Notes: a model not told the origin generated them from the letters alone. DNA of 64,000 nucleotides from Minisyncoccota bacterium (GCA_022841645.1 JALHRC010000005.1:2804-66803), one strand, 5' to 3'. Counted from the first letter of the stretch, positions 25,374-34,989 are shown. Numbers and translations are program-made.

Positions 25374-26510
25374 ATGATTAGTATGCCCAAAGCACTATTA
25401 GTGATCGTACTAGCACTTGTGTTGGTCTGCGGTGGAGCACTCTTCTTGCTCAATAAATTTGTTTTTCAGCGCTTCACTGATATACCAGTGCAAGTGTTCA
25501 CCCAAAATGTCAGCCCCGCCGCAGAACACGACGACGCGCCACCCCTTACTACCTACGTACGCGACAGGCGTGTCATCTGGGCAATTGACTTTTTACCAGA
25601 TGGCCGGATGATCTTTACCGAGCGTGCAGGTACCGTAAGTGTCGTCGAGACAAACGGTGAAGTAAACGAAGTAGCCAGTGTTCACGTACACACTACTAGC
25701 GAAAGTGGCCTTCACGGCATCGCGGTGGATCCAAAATTTTCCGAGAATCGTTTCGTCTATCTCTATTACACCTATCGCAGTGACGACATGGGTACCCAGA
25801 ACCGCGTCTCACGTTATGTCCTTGAAGATACGGGCCTTGCCGGTGAGACAATCATCGTCGACAACATCCCTGGCGCTTCTACCCACGACGGCGGACGACT
25901 GAAGTTTGGTCCCGACGGGTTTCTCTATATCACCACCGGAGATGCGCAGGCACCCTCACTATCACAAGACCAAGCGTCTTTGGCGGGCAAAATCCTGCGA
26001 GTGACGAGAGACGGCGCAGCCGCGCCAGGAAATCCGTTTAATACTCGCATCTATTCCTTCGGCCACCGCAACCCGCAGGGCATTGCCTGGGACAACGACG
26101 GTAAACTGTGGGCCACCGAGCATGGACCTTCGGCACGTGACGAACTTAATCTCATTGAAGCCGGTGGTAATTACGGCTGGCCAGAGCTTACGGGCACCGA
26201 CACGAAAGACGGCTTCCAGTCTCCGATCATTCAATCGGGTGCCGGCACCTGGGCCCCGGGAGGACTAGCGTTTGCGGAGGATGCCATCTTTTTTAGTGGC
26301 CTGCGTGGTAGCGCTCTCTACGAATACAACCACGCTACCGGCGAGCTCACGGAACACCTCAAAGATAATCTCGGAAGAATTCGCGACGTCGTACTTGGAC
26401 CCGACGGCTCTCTGTACATCGCCACCAGTAATCACGACGGACGTGGCGTACCCACGCGTGATGATGACCGAATTTTAAGGATTAATCTTCAAAAACTCGA
26501 CGAACTTTGA
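25374..26510 (+). CDS. PQQ-dependent sugar (glucose/sorbosone) dehydrogenase, membrane-anchored (SGDH family)
   Basis: It has beta-propeller SGDH motifs (GLHGIAVDP, FGHRNPQGIAWD, GWPE). The start is chosen at MISMPKALL. Confidence 0.7.
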   Translation: MISMPKALLVIVLALVLVCGGALFLLNKFVFQRFTDIPVQVFTQNVSPAAEHDDAPPLTTYVRDRRVIWAIDFLPDGRMIFTERAGTVSVVETNGEVNEVASVHVHTTSESGLHGIAVDPKFSENRFVYLYYTYRSDDMGTQNRVSRYVLEDTGLAGETIIVDNIPGASTHDGGRLKFGPDGFLYITTGDAQAPSLSQDQASLAGKILRVTRDGAAAPGNPFNTRIYSFGHRNPQGIAWDNDGKLWATEHGPSARDELNLIEAGGNYGWPELTGTDTKDGFQSPIIQSGAGTWAPGGLAFAEDAIFFSGLRGSALYEYNHATGELTEHLKDNLGRIRDVVLGPDGSLYIATSNHDGRGVPTRDDDRILRINLQKLDEL

Positions 26511-26571
26511 TTGGGTCTAATTTTCACTACACTTACCAAGACCCATCACTGGATCTTTCACTGCACATGTT

Positions 26572-27624
26572 CTAGTTTTTTGACAGTTCATTCTGATACC
26601 GCTCACCAAACATTACCCAAAGGGAAAGGAAAAAAGCGGCGATGATGGGACCGATCACAAAACCCGAAATTCCAAACGTAGCGAGTCCACCCACCGTGGC
26701 AAGCAGGGTGATACTGTCAGGCATTTTTGATCCCCGCCCAACCAGAATCGGTCGCAGAAACTCGTCCACCAGACTCACGAGTAATACGCCCACGACTAAT
26801 ATACTGACACCCTCCCACACCGAGCCCGTAGCAAGCAGTATGACACTGGCCGGAAACCAGATAACTGCTGGGCCGACTGCGGGAATGATCGACAGTAATG
26901 CCATCGCGACTCCCCACAGTACCGGGCTCGACACACCCACCGCCCAAAAGGTGAGGCCGCCCAATAGCCCCTGCAGAGCGGCGATGGCAACGGTTCCTTT
27001 CATAACGGCCCGAGAGGTCTCGGAAAAACGCGAAAACAGGCGCCGTTCGTATGTATCACCAATCGGTAGATAGCGCACCAGTGTCTCTTGCAACTTTTCT
27101 GCGTCACGGAAAAAGAAAAACAGAAGGTACAGCATGATGGAAATCGCGATAAGAAGCGAGAAGGTCTGCTGACCAATCGCCAAAAGTGATGAGGCAAGTG
27201 CCTGTGAGGCGCCCGCCACCCCTTCCCGGAGTCGAGTGACTACTGCTTCCTGTGATATACCATAGGGCTCTAGATACGTGACAAATTGCCCCGCTTGATC
27301 GAGTAAACTAAATCCTTCGATCCCGCCCGCTCCTTCGGTCAGGTTTTGGTAAAGTCCTAGCGATTCCCGCACCACGAGCCCACCGACGATAATAAGTGGC
27401 ACTACCACTGTTAACACCACCGCTACAATGGCTACGATTGACGCTAGTGAAGCGCGACCGCGCAGCAACCGATTAATTTTGAGATAGAGCGGATAAAAAA
27501 CAATGGCGATAACAATAGCCCAGAATACTGGCAATAAGTACGAACCAATCACCCAGAAAAAAGTGGAGGTGGTGGCAATGAGTAAACTGAAAAAGAAGAA
27601 CTGCTGGATATAAGCAAACTTCAT
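26572..27624 (-). CDS. AI-2E family transporter (PerM/YhhT-like)
   Basis: The 350-aa product has eight TM helices in the AI-2E arrangement. Confidence 0.75.
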   Translation of the reverse strand: MKFAYIQQFFFFSLLIATTSTFFWVIGSYLLPVFWAIVIAIVFYPLYLKINRLLRGRASLASIVAIVAVVLTVVVPLIIVGGLVVRESLGLYQNLTEGAGGIEGFSLLDQAGQFVTYLEPYGISQEAVVTRLREGVAGASQALASSLLAIGQQTFSLLIAISIMLYLLFFFFRDAEKLQETLVRYLPIGDTYERRLFSRFSETSRAVMKGTVAIAALQGLLGGLTFWAVGVSSPVLWGVAMALLSIIPAVGPAVIWFPASVILLATGSVWEGVSILVVGVLLVSLVDEFLRPILVGRGSKMPDSITLLATVGGLATFGISGFVIGPIIAAFFLSLWVMFGERYQNELSKN

Positions 27625-27750
27625 AGGGAGTAAATTATGTAGTGAACTACGGGTAGTAATCGTTACCGTATAGTATATCCCTTAAGGGTCACTGGGTGAC
27701 CAACCTGGCCAGACCGTAGACACCGAGAGGGTTCTCTCGTCCAAGTGCGT

Positions 27751-27936
27751 CTAACACACCTTCCCCCGACCCGAGCCACCTGGCTTTTTGCCACCGCCAT
27801 CCTGTTTGTTTACCGTAGCCCAGGCTCTGGCTTCTGCCTCATCTTCGGGCATGCCCTTTTTTAGGTACCCCTTTTCAATATGAGAGGCCTGACGCTTTTG
27901 CTTGTCGGTGTACTTTGATTTATTCCCCTGTGTCAT
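27751..27936 (-). CDS. Small basic Lys/Gly-rich hypothetical protein (61 aa)
   Basis: It has a short conserved-looking KGY/KKG-rich sequence. No recognised family motif was found. Confidence 0.35.
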   Translation of the reverse strand: MTQGNKSKYTDKQKRQASHIEKGYLKKGMPEDEAEARAWATVNKQDGGGKKPGGSGRGKVC

Positions 27937-27979
27937 AAACGATGCGTACTCCTAACTGGCACATAATGCCACCCTCCAA

Positions 27980-28072
27980 TTACCGAAAGAACAGGAAGTA
28001 AATGATCGCAGCCAGGATAAGTCCGCCGCCAAAGAAAGAGGCAATTCCATATGAAGCAATGAGTTCAATCAT
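27980..28072 (-). CDS. Putative 30-aa hydrophobic peptide (MIELIASYGIASFFGGGLILAAIIYFLFFR)
   Basis: A TTTACT-N16-TATACT promoter-like sequence lies upstream. The SD (AGGAGGT) is 25 nt from the ATG, which is too far for canonical initiation. The ORF is below the ORF-track length cutoff. Confidence 0.2.
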   Translation of the reverse strand: MIELIASYGIASFFGGGLILAAIIYFLFFR

Positions 28073-28257
28073 ACGTTGTGATATTTACTAGGTAACTACC
28101 TCCTAAGTATACCAAATGAGCGAATTCAGTAAATAATATTTAATAACAAATATCTGATGCATAGGCTCCACGACTCCCTGAATCGCACTCTGGTGAGCAG
28201 GGTGGGCACACAGAGGAAATTATGCGCTATACTGTACCCATAAAATAATGTATCACT

Positions 28258-28641
28258 ATGCACCAAGGAAACTGGAAATGTAGTAGCTGCGGCGGAGCCA
28301 TCACTGAATTGCCGTTTATGCCCCGAAGCGAGTCCGGCCTTACCTGCCGTACCTGCTACGCCAAGAAAAAAGGCGGCGGCACTGCAGGTGCTGCACCTGC
28401 TTTTACCAGCAACAGTAGTGCCGAAGCGCCCGACATTCCTTTCGACGCTCCTCTAGCGAACGAACCCCACGGCACTGACGACCTTGGAATGGGTGAGGTA
28501 CCCGTAAGCTCAGAGCGACCAAAGGTAGCGGGTAATTGGCGTTGTGCTGGGTGTGGCGCCACTATCACCTCCCTTCCCTTTACTCCGCGCGACACGAGTA
28601 ACTTGAAGTGCCTCGATTGTTACAAGCGCAGTAAGGCTTAG
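28258..28641 (+). CDS. Tandem zinc-ribbon protein (two GNW[KR]C-x2-CG..I..LPF-x8-12-C-x2-CY repeats)
   Basis: Two internally repeated Cx2C-x17-Cx2C units are separated by a low-complexity linker. Confidence 0.5.
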   Translation: MHQGNWKCSSCGGAITELPFMPRSESGLTCRTCYAKKKGGGTAGAAPAFTSNSSAEAPDIPFDAPLANEPHGTDDLGMGEVPVSSERPKVAGNWRCAGCGATITSLPFTPRDTSNLKCLDCYKRSKA

Positions 28642-28653
28642 TGAGCCCCGCGC

Positions 28654-28689
28654 AACAAAAAACTTCCGCCGGGCGGAAGTTTTTTGTTG
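28654..28689. terminator. Perfect hairpin terminator (caacaaaaaacttccgcc-cgg-gcggaagttttttgttg)
   Basis: A 16-bp stem sits between convergent genes. Confidence 0.6.
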
Positions 28690-28800
28690 CCTCTGTTTGT
28701 ACGTGGAAGAAATAGTAAAAACATCCGCCACGCTATCCACGCCGCAGAGCGGACGTGGCATTCTGGACCGACTAGTAAACCTACAAACACGGCGACCGCT

Positions 28801-29835
28801 TTAAAACTGAGCCACAATCTTCTTATTCTGTGCATCAATACGCACCTGTTGTCCGTACGGCATGGGGATTTGTGGGTCAGTGTGGCCAAAGTTCATATTC
28901 TGAACAATGGGAATATGTTGGTTGTATAAGCGCACAGCATGCACGACAGCCTCTTGCTGCTGCTTTCGGTAAGCCTCTTTCTGTTCTGTGGTATGAGGCT
29001 TATCAAATTCCCACGCTTTTGCTCGACCAACGAGCACGCCCTGCACACGCCCAAGAGTTCCCCGCTCACCAAAAGCGCGCAGTACACGGAACACATAGTC
29101 GGCTGAAGGGATCTCTTCAGACGTCTCAAGTAGTAGAACAATCTTCTCAAATTGCTCGAGGGTGGGGATCGGCACACCATGGCGTAACATTTCATCAACT
29201 GACTCGACACAGCCACCCCACAGCACCCCTTCTCCGGCGTGCTCCCCATTCCAAATATGACCTTCGTTCGACCAATGTGGCCGCTTTGCTTTTAGAAGCT
29301 CGATATTGCCCCAATCAAGGCCCTGGTCGTTATAGGTTTCTGAGGCAGTTAATTCAAACTCCCCCTCCTCAAAGAGGGCCCGTTTGAGATAATCGACAGT
29401 GTACGTATCCATTTCGCCCTGCATGGCGTACTGCGTAAATAGGGATCCGCCATAATACGAGGGAATACCATTTAAAAACAGGAAGTTACAGAGGTGCGAA
29501 TTATCACTGTAGCCAAAGAATGGCTTGGGGTTCGCAACAAACGGGTCGGCAGATAGATTCTTAACATACGTCACTTGGTCATCACCACCAATACTGGCAA
29601 TCACCGCTTTAATATTCGGATCAGAAAAGGCAGCCACTAAGTCGGTCGTGCGCTCGGCGGCCGAAGCGCCAATTTTCGCTGTCGTCGGATACTCTACCGG
29701 CACCAGACCAAAGACGGTGGTAAGTCTCTCAAGTCCGAGTTTATACACTTCCGGAAAGCGTCCCGGTGCAGCAAAACTCGGTGACACAATTGCCACCGCA
29801 TCTCCCTTCACTAACTTTGGTAGTTTCTTTAACAT
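28801..29835 (-). CDS. LD-carboxypeptidase (peptidase S66, MccF-like)
   Basis: It has S66 motifs (VAIVSPS, FFGYSDNSHL, catalytic Ser context). The start is chosen at MLKKLPKL. Confidence 0.7.
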   Translation of the reverse strand: MLKKLPKLVKGDAVAIVSPSFAAPGRFPEVYKLGLERLTTVFGLVPVEYPTTAKIGASAAERTTDLVAAFSDPNIKAVIASIGGDDQVTYVKNLSADPFVANPKPFFGYSDNSHLCNFLFLNGIPSYYGGSLFTQYAMQGEMDTYTVDYLKRALFEEGEFELTASETYNDQGLDWGNIELLKAKRPHWSNEGHIWNGEHAGEGVLWGGCVESVDEMLRHGVPIPTLEQFEKIVLLLETSEEIPSADYVFRVLRAFGERGTLGRVQGVLVGRAKAWEFDKPHTTEQKEAYRKQQQEAVVHAVRLYNQHIPIVQNMNFGHTDPQIPMPYGQQVRIDAQNKKIVAQF

Positions 29836-29879
29836 TAACGTAGTGTATGTCAGCCATCGCTTTATGCAATAGCACTTCC

Positions 29880-31148
29880 CTACGCATTCATTCCTGCAAT
29901 ATAGCCTGTGGTCCAACACAGCTGGAGCGAGTAGCCGCCCGAAGGACGACGAATGTGGAGCAAGTCACCGGTGATAAAAAGATTGCCAATCTTTCGTGAA
30001 CGCATCGTTTTAGTGTCGACTTCACCCAGGTGCACCCCACCGTCAGCGACCACCGCTCGATCAAAGCCCATCAGCCCGGTGATGGTGAGCGGTAGGGCCT
30101 TCAGCGACCGACAGAGAAACCGTCGTTCTTCCTTGGTAACACTATGCACTTTCTTTTCAGGGTCAATGGTCGGAAGCGCGGAGAGCAGTGCCGAATAGAC
30201 CCCGGGCAAAAGCGTCTTCAGGGCATTTTTCAAGGTTTTATTTTTCTCGGTAGTAAAAAGGGCGAGCATCTCGGCCGCGAGCGCCGCTTCATCGAGGTCA
30301 GGAAAACAATCGAGCTTTGCTGTCACACTCCCCTTCCATAAAAGATCAGCCACCCTGGGGGAGGCATTGAGAACCGTCGGCCCAGAAATGCCAAAGTGGG
30401 TAAAGAGAATATTCCCCGTTTCGGCAAAGGCCTTTTTCTCATCTACGAGAAACGTCACTTTACCGCGCAGGCTTTTTCCTGAAAGCGCGTGCGACCACCC
30501 CTCGCTGGTCGCCAGTGGCACTATGGTGGGCGACGGTGGACTGACTGTATGTCCGAGGTCAGAAAGCCAGGCAAAGCCGTCACCGGTCGAGCCAGTTTCC
30601 GGGTGCGAAACGCCGCCAGTCGCAAGAACATACGACCGCGCGGTATACTCGACACCTCCCGCCGTCACGCTGGTGATGGTGCCGTCACGCACCATCACCT
30701 TTGTCACCGCTGCAGCTGTCTTTACCACCACCCCGGCTGTCTTGAGTGCTTTTTCAAATACACGTACTACGTCTGGAGCTTTTTGGCTTTTTGGAAACGC
30801 TCGCAAGTTTTCTTCGACGACAAGGGGGAGCTGTCGTTCTTCGAAGAACGCGAATGTTTCCGGCACTCCAAAACGCGCAAAGGCAGCGTAGAGGGCCTGT
30901 TCGGCCTCACCATATTTTTTAAGCAGTGTACGCACATCCATCTCGGCGTTTGTGATATTGCACCGCCCACCGCCCGAGATACGCACCTTATTGCCTAGTT
31001 CTCGGTTTTTCTCGAGTAGGAGCACCCGTTGCCCACGTTCGGCGGCCACAGCAGCGGCCATCAGGCCCGAAGCTCCACCCCCAATGACAATGACATCATA
31101 TGTTTCATTGCCGCCAATCTTTTTAGCAACCCCACTTTTCATGGTCAT
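29880..31148 (-). CDS. HI0933/BaiN-like NAD(P)/FAD-dependent oxidoreductase
   Basis: It has an N-terminal FAD Rossmann motif (DVIVIGGGASGLMAA) and HI0933 family signatures (GGGRCNITN, LFITGDLL). Confidence 0.8.
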   Translation of the reverse strand: MTMKSGVAKKIGGNETYDVIVIGGGASGLMAAAVAAERGQRVLLLEKNRELGNKVRISGGGRCNITNAEMDVRTLLKKYGEAEQALYAAFARFGVPETFAFFEERQLPLVVEENLRAFPKSQKAPDVVRVFEKALKTAGVVVKTAAAVTKVMVRDGTITSVTAGGVEYTARSYVLATGGVSHPETGSTGDGFAWLSDLGHTVSPPSPTIVPLATSEGWSHALSGKSLRGKVTFLVDEKKAFAETGNILFTHFGISGPTVLNASPRVADLLWKGSVTAKLDCFPDLDEAALAAEMLALFTTEKNKTLKNALKTLLPGVYSALLSALPTIDPEKKVHSVTKEERRFLCRSLKALPLTITGLMGFDRAVVADGGVHLGEVDTKTMRSRKIGNLFITGDLLHIRRPSGGYSLQLCWTTGYIAGMNA

Positions 31149-31724
31149 TTAGTATATACCCGAGGCCATAAACTTCCTTAGGTTCGCACCCTGCCTCCAG
31201 ACCACTCCCTCTCGCAGTAAATAAAATAGTGGTGTGAACCAGCCAGTAGCGCTAAGCTCCAAGACGGTGGCATCAATTATGCGCAACTCTCCAGAGTCAA
31301 TAATAAAGATATTGGTGAGACCGCCAGTAAACACGCCTTCTCGGCCGATCAGATCAATATGACACTTCTCAGAATCAACCATTACGCTATACCTACGCAT
31401 TAGCTCGGCAAACTGATTTTTTATACCTATGTCCTCTAAATCCTTACGCATGAGCGGACGGCCGACAATCTTTGGCTGGATATGCACGACATGTCTACCA
31501 CTAGCAGATACCGCGATGTCTGTCTCCAAAACAAAATTCTCCAAATATTTCTTGCACAACTCATAATCTTGCCTTGCCTTTCCTGCAGCTTTACGACCGA
31601 GAAAGTAATACAATAGCGAAAACTTTATGACTTGATTGTTTCCATAGTCATACACTATATGCTCACCTCCCCATGCAAGAAGTTTACCGATTTTTGATCT
31701 ATCGTACGTAATCATTGGATTCAA
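31149..31724 (-). CDS. Hypothetical protein with a protein-kinase-like (RIO/Kdo-kinase-like) catalytic motif
   Basis: It has HIDLIGREGVF..NIFIIDSG..IID, resembling the catalytic loop and DFG-equivalent of atypical kinases. Assignment is weak. Confidence 0.35.
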   Translation of the reverse strand: MNPMITYDRSKIGKLLAWGGEHIVYDYGNNQVIKFSLLYYFLGRKAAGKARQDYELCKKYLENFVLETDIAVSASGRHVVHIQPKIVGRPLMRKDLEDIGIKNQFAELMRRYSVMVDSEKCHIDLIGREGVFTGGLTNIFIIDSGELRIIDATVLELSATGWFTPLFYLLREGVVWRQGANLRKFMASGIY

Positions 31725-31888
31725 GAAGTGTAATAAGTTCTAGTGTTCAATACTCTCTTTCAATATACCGGTCTAAAAGTAGAGGTACCGCCGCCCACAC
31801 TAACGTCGTAGAACGTCGAATCATTCCCCTCCTTTACTTTCAAACTTCTCATGCCCTTTGAGTATATACCCTCTAAACGTCATAACTT

Positions 31889-31926
31889 CATGTACTGCAT
31901 TAAATACGTATTTAATGCAGTACATG
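31889..31926. promoter_or_regulatory. Palindrome P3 (catgtactgcattaaatacg|tatttaatgcagtacatg), same core TAAATACGTATTTA and GTAC ends as P1/P2
   Basis: It is a perfect 38-bp palindrome in the intergenic region about 165 nt upstream of the kinase-like gene. Confidence 0.45.
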
Positions 31927-31977
31927 AGAATATAGCTAGAACGTTACCAAAGCCTGATCTGGTTCACGGCAATAAAA

Positions 31978-32505
31978 CTATTCTTCAACTGCCTCAAGCA
32001 GCGTAAAGGCAGCGCCTTTTGCTTCGATATCGGCCATGGTTAACCCGCCCTTACTCGCACCATAGCGCTCCATGAGCACCTTCTTCAATGACTCAGGGTC
32101 AGTGATAGTTCCAATCGAGTGCTCAAAGTATTTGGGCGAAAGTGTATCGATGGGCAGATTATGTTCCGCGAGAGTGCACTTCATGACCCGCGCCCCTACG
32201 AGAGAGAGGAGCGGTGGCCTCTCCTCGCTGTGGGCAGTTTTGTACGTGCCGTGACGAATGATCGTAACCAAAAGATAGTTGCTGCCAGCACGGTGAATGG
32301 TGGCGCCCAAATTAAAGTGACCAATCACCGGCTGGCCATCCGCTACCGCGGCAAACTCGGCCTTGGGTATGCGAATAAGACACGCCACGCCATAGCGCTT
32401 GAGCACCTCCTCGTACGGCACCAGCACCTCCTTCTCTCCCTCGAGCAAAAATACCATTCTCGGTGGCGTAGGCGGCACGGTAGCGGTAGCGAGGGTTTCA
32501 GACAT
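31978..32505 (-). CDS. Hypothetical protein (175 aa)
   Basis: It is a clean ORF with no recognisable motif. Confidence 0.45.
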   Translation of the reverse strand: MSETLATATVPPTPPRMVFLLEGEKEVLVPYEEVLKRYGVACLIRIPKAEFAAVADGQPVIGHFNLGATIHRAGSNYLLVTIIRHGTYKTAHSEERPPLLSLVGARVMKCTLAEHNLPIDTLSPKYFEHSIGTITDPESLKKVLMERYGASKGGLTMADIEAKGAAFTLLEAVEE

Positions 32506-32570
32506 GGTGGGAAAACTAGTATAAACAAGCTGCTACTTTTTGCCAGGCCAGTACTTCCCAGTCACCCCTA

Positions 32571-32786
32571 TCAATTCAACACCACAATCATCGCATTAAG
32601 GTAGGTGGCAAATGCTACCCACAGCAGGTACGGGACAAGCAGCGCAGCAGCAAGCGTGCTCCAGCGAGCAAAGACCACGAGCGTAGTAACGAAAGTAGCA
32701 AAAGTGCCGCAATAACTACGAGCGCTAGCTCTATTGAGCACATGGTAGTAGTGGTTCCCTACATTAACCCGAGCAGCTCGCGGCAT
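32571..32786 (-). pseudogene. Chimeric remnant: 24 codons of a RAYT/IS200-like transposase N-terminus fused to the C-terminal end of a TspO/MBR-like protein
   Basis: The N-terminus (MPRAARVNVGNHYYHVLNRASAR) matches the HUH Y1 transposase N-terminal pattern. The C-terminus (LVPYLLWVAFATYLNAMIVVLN) resembles a TspO C-terminus. Confidence 0.4.
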
Positions 32787-32828
32787 TGATTAACTGTATC
32801 ATAAAGGCTCCTGACCCTTTTTGCGAAG
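32719..32828 (-). mobile_element. Repeat copy A: about 110-bp fragment carrying the promoter and 5' end of a RAYT/IS200-like transposase gene
   Basis: It is about 80% identical to copy B at 34427..34546 in the same orientation. Confidence 0.45.
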
Positions 32829-32905
32829 CTAATCTCCGGAGCTGCAAAACATCACTCTAAAAATTGGTACGGCTGCTAGCTGCCTGGGCTGATGTTAGAA
32901 ACCAT

Positions 32906-33337
32906 TTAATGCATTAACCCATTAGCTACTAGGTAGCGAGCCACTGCTACTCTCGTGTACTCACTTGCAAAGATGACGCGTATAGCCTCATATTCCTGCT
33001 GCCCAGCTAGGTACTTATAGAGATATGAATTGACCATAGCTAGACGAGAAATTTCTTCCCCCAACGCTTCGTCACCTATAGCGAGGTAGGGTGCAAGGTA
33101 TCTCTTAAGTTTTCTTCCCTCCTCACTGGAAGCCATTTGCTTTAGTGCATGGTCTGCACTCGCTGAACCTTCACTATCACCATCAGTGTAAAGGAGGTGC
33201 GTTACATCAGTCTGTAACCGAGACATTATCCGCATCATTTCCTCCATCCTAGGATCAATAATAAATCCTTGGATTGGTAAATTTGAGACGTAATAGCCTT
33301 TTGACATTGCACTAGTGTAGCATTTATGGTTGTCCAT
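32906..33337 (-). CDS. Hypothetical protein (143 aa)
   Basis: It is a clean ORF with no recognisable motif. Confidence 0.4.
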   Translation of the reverse strand: MDNHKCYTSAMSKGYYVSNLPIQGFIIDPRMEEMMRIMSRLQTDVTHLLYTDGDSEGSASADHALKQMASSEEGRKLKRYLAPYLAIGDEALGEEISRLAMVNSYLYKYLAGQQEYEAIRVIFASEYTRVAVARYLVANGLMH

Positions 33338-33366
33338 TTGGGACTAGGCTGGAACACTTCCCTGTC

Positions 33367-33681
33367 TTGGACGATGTTAGAACTCTTCTGGTTCCCATGC
33401 GCTACAATAACGATATGCAGTCGCTGGAATATGTAACCGTTTTAATAGGTGCCACATTGCCAGCTCTAAGCTTTCTAATGCAATATCATTTCAGTGCTAA
33501 AGCCGGTACCCTGGATGCATTCAAAAGACACCAAATGGTGTACTGGGGGGACTGGCTTCTTGTACCCTTCGCTGCAATAGTTGGGCTACTCGTCAACTGG
33601 GCGAACATTGCATGGCTGTTAGCACCCTGCCTAAAAGTCAATATCTGCTGGCCGTCTGGGACGAGATTAGAATTTTTATAG
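33367..33681 (+). CDS. Hypothetical membrane protein (104 aa)
   Basis: It has two or three hydrophobic helices. Confidence 0.35.
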   Translation: MDDVRTLLVPMRYNNDMQSLEYVTVLIGATLPALSFLMQYHFSAKAGTLDAFKRHQMVYWGDWLLVPFAAIVGLLVNWANIAWLLAPCLKVNICWPSGTRLEFL

Positions 33682-34317
33682 AAAAGTCTTAATATCAGAA
33701 AGTTCATGCACAACTTTCCAAGCGGATTCTTTCACAACCTCCGGCGCATTGGTAAAAGTAACTCCTCGATTAGTTGCCTTGAAAAGCTCAATATCATTTG
33801 CTCCATCACCAATACAGAGACACTCCGACATGTCTATTCCCTCCCGTGAACAGAAGTTTTCTAGATGCTGGAGCTTTGCGTATTTTTCCTCTCCCTGACT
33901 CGCCACTTCCGAGAGAAATCCCGCATCATCAAAAAGTAATCTGGTGTTGGCTTTACGTAGTGGAATAGTCAATTTATCAGCAACTAAATCTACCAGCACA
34001 TCAAAAGAACCAGAAATAATTGCCGATTGATAGTTCTTTTGATGAAGATACGTGACCAGATCTGTGGCTCCCTCCTTCAACTCATAAGCGGATAAGGCAG
34101 TGATTATATTTTCTCTCGTAGCAAGTCCACGCTCCTTGTACAAAGTCACTAGCTTGGACGTCCACTCGTCGTATGGCAACTCCCCTCTCACGTACGCTTC
34201 GTACATTTCCAAGTCCTCTTCAGGAGTAATACCGAGTGCGATATTTAAAACATACCAACTGTTTTGCTTTATGAGAGTCTCATCCATATCAAAACAGATG
34301 AGTTTGACCTTATTCAT
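33676..34317 (-). CDS. HAD-superfamily hydrolase (subfamily IB, phosphoserine-phosphatase-like)
   Basis: It has the HAD motifs I (ICFDMDETL), II (SGS), and III/IV (K..GDGANDIE). Confidence 0.75.
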   Translation of the reverse strand: MNKVKLICFDMDETLIKQNSWYVLNIALGITPEEDLEMYEAYVRGELPYDEWTSKLVTLYKERGLATRENIITALSAYELKEGATDLVTYLHQKNYQSAIISGSFDVLVDLVADKLTIPLRKANTRLLFDDAGFLSEVASQGEEKYAKLQHLENFCSREGIDMSECLCIGDGANDIELFKATNRGVTFTNAPEVVKESAWKVVHELSDIKTFL

Positions 34318-34368
34318 AGTGAAAGTATAGCAAAAGTTCTGCCGTCACCGACCGGTACCAAATTTTCG

Positions 34369-34494
34369 CTATGAGAAACAAGTTTCAAAGAGCCCGTACG
34401 CTTCCTTCGTATCAAATAAAATCAAACGAGCGCTGGCTCGGTTGAGCACATGGAAATAGTGGTTTTTTACATCCACCCGAGCAGCCCGTGGCAT
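34369..34494 (-). pseudogene. Remnant of a RAYT/IS200-like transposase 5' end (41 codons, MPRAARVDVKNHYFHVLNRASAR...)
   Basis: It is the N-terminal Y1-transposase pattern only and lies within repeat copy B (34427..34546). Confidence 0.4.
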
Positions 34495-34546
34495 TGATAG
34501 ATTGTATCACAAAAGGCTCCTGACCCCTTTTTGCCCCTTTTTGCAA
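34427..34546 (-). mobile_element. Repeat copy B of the RAYT/IS200-like 5' fragment
   Basis: It aligns with copy A and has an internal tandem duplication (cccctttttg x2). Confidence 0.45.
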
Positions 34547-34566
34547 TTGTTGCTTTCATAAGCTAA

Positions 34567-34782
34567 CTAAATGAAATCTTGAGGAGTGAGTTGCGACTGC
34601 CGCAAAATGGAACGAAATGTGCCGTGCGGTATCTCTTTCTTATTGGCCGGAACAATCACTGTGAGAGTTTCCTCCTCGCCGATTTTGCGGTATTTCACAT
34701 GACTGCCCCTTTGGGACACAAAGTTAAAATTGTTTCTCTCTAGAATGGAAATTATACGGTCAGAGGAATGTAATCTCGGCAT
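34567..34782 (-). CDS. hicA: HicA family mRNA interferase toxin
   Basis: It has the YcfA/HicA signature (IISILERNNF..RGSHVKY). It lies 3 nt downstream of hicB. Confidence 0.75.
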   Translation of the reverse strand: MPRLHSSDRIISILERNNFNFVSQRGSHVKYRKIGEEETLTVIVPANKKEIPHGTFRSILRQSQLTPQDFI

Positions 34783-34785
34783 GCA

Positions 34786-34989
34786 TTACACCGAGACTAT
34801 TTCAGGTTCTTCTACTATAAAAACGACATCATCGGATGCGTCTTCAAAATAAAGTTCAAGAGCTTCTCGGAGATTTTTGAGTGCTTCTTCCTTTGAAGAT
34901 CCGAAGCTTGAAATATCCACATTTAAAGACTGAGCAACGTATTGATTGCCTTCTTTCCAAACTACATTTTTAAAATCTGCAATATCCAT
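34786..34989 (-). CDS. hicB: HicB family antitoxin (UPF0150)
   Basis: It is a small acidic protein upstream of and adjacent to hicA with HicB N-terminal-domain-like sequence. Confidence 0.65.
   Translation of the reverse strand: MDIADFKNVVWKEGNQYVAQSLNVDISSFGSSKEEALKNLREALELYFEDASDDVVFIVEEPEIVSV

Noticed and set aside
31889-31926. P3 palindrome as a simple terminator of the 31978..32505 gene
   Set aside because: It has an AT-rich centre and no U-run on either strand. Its shared core with the P1/P2 operators argues for a protein-binding role, though termination cannot be excluded.
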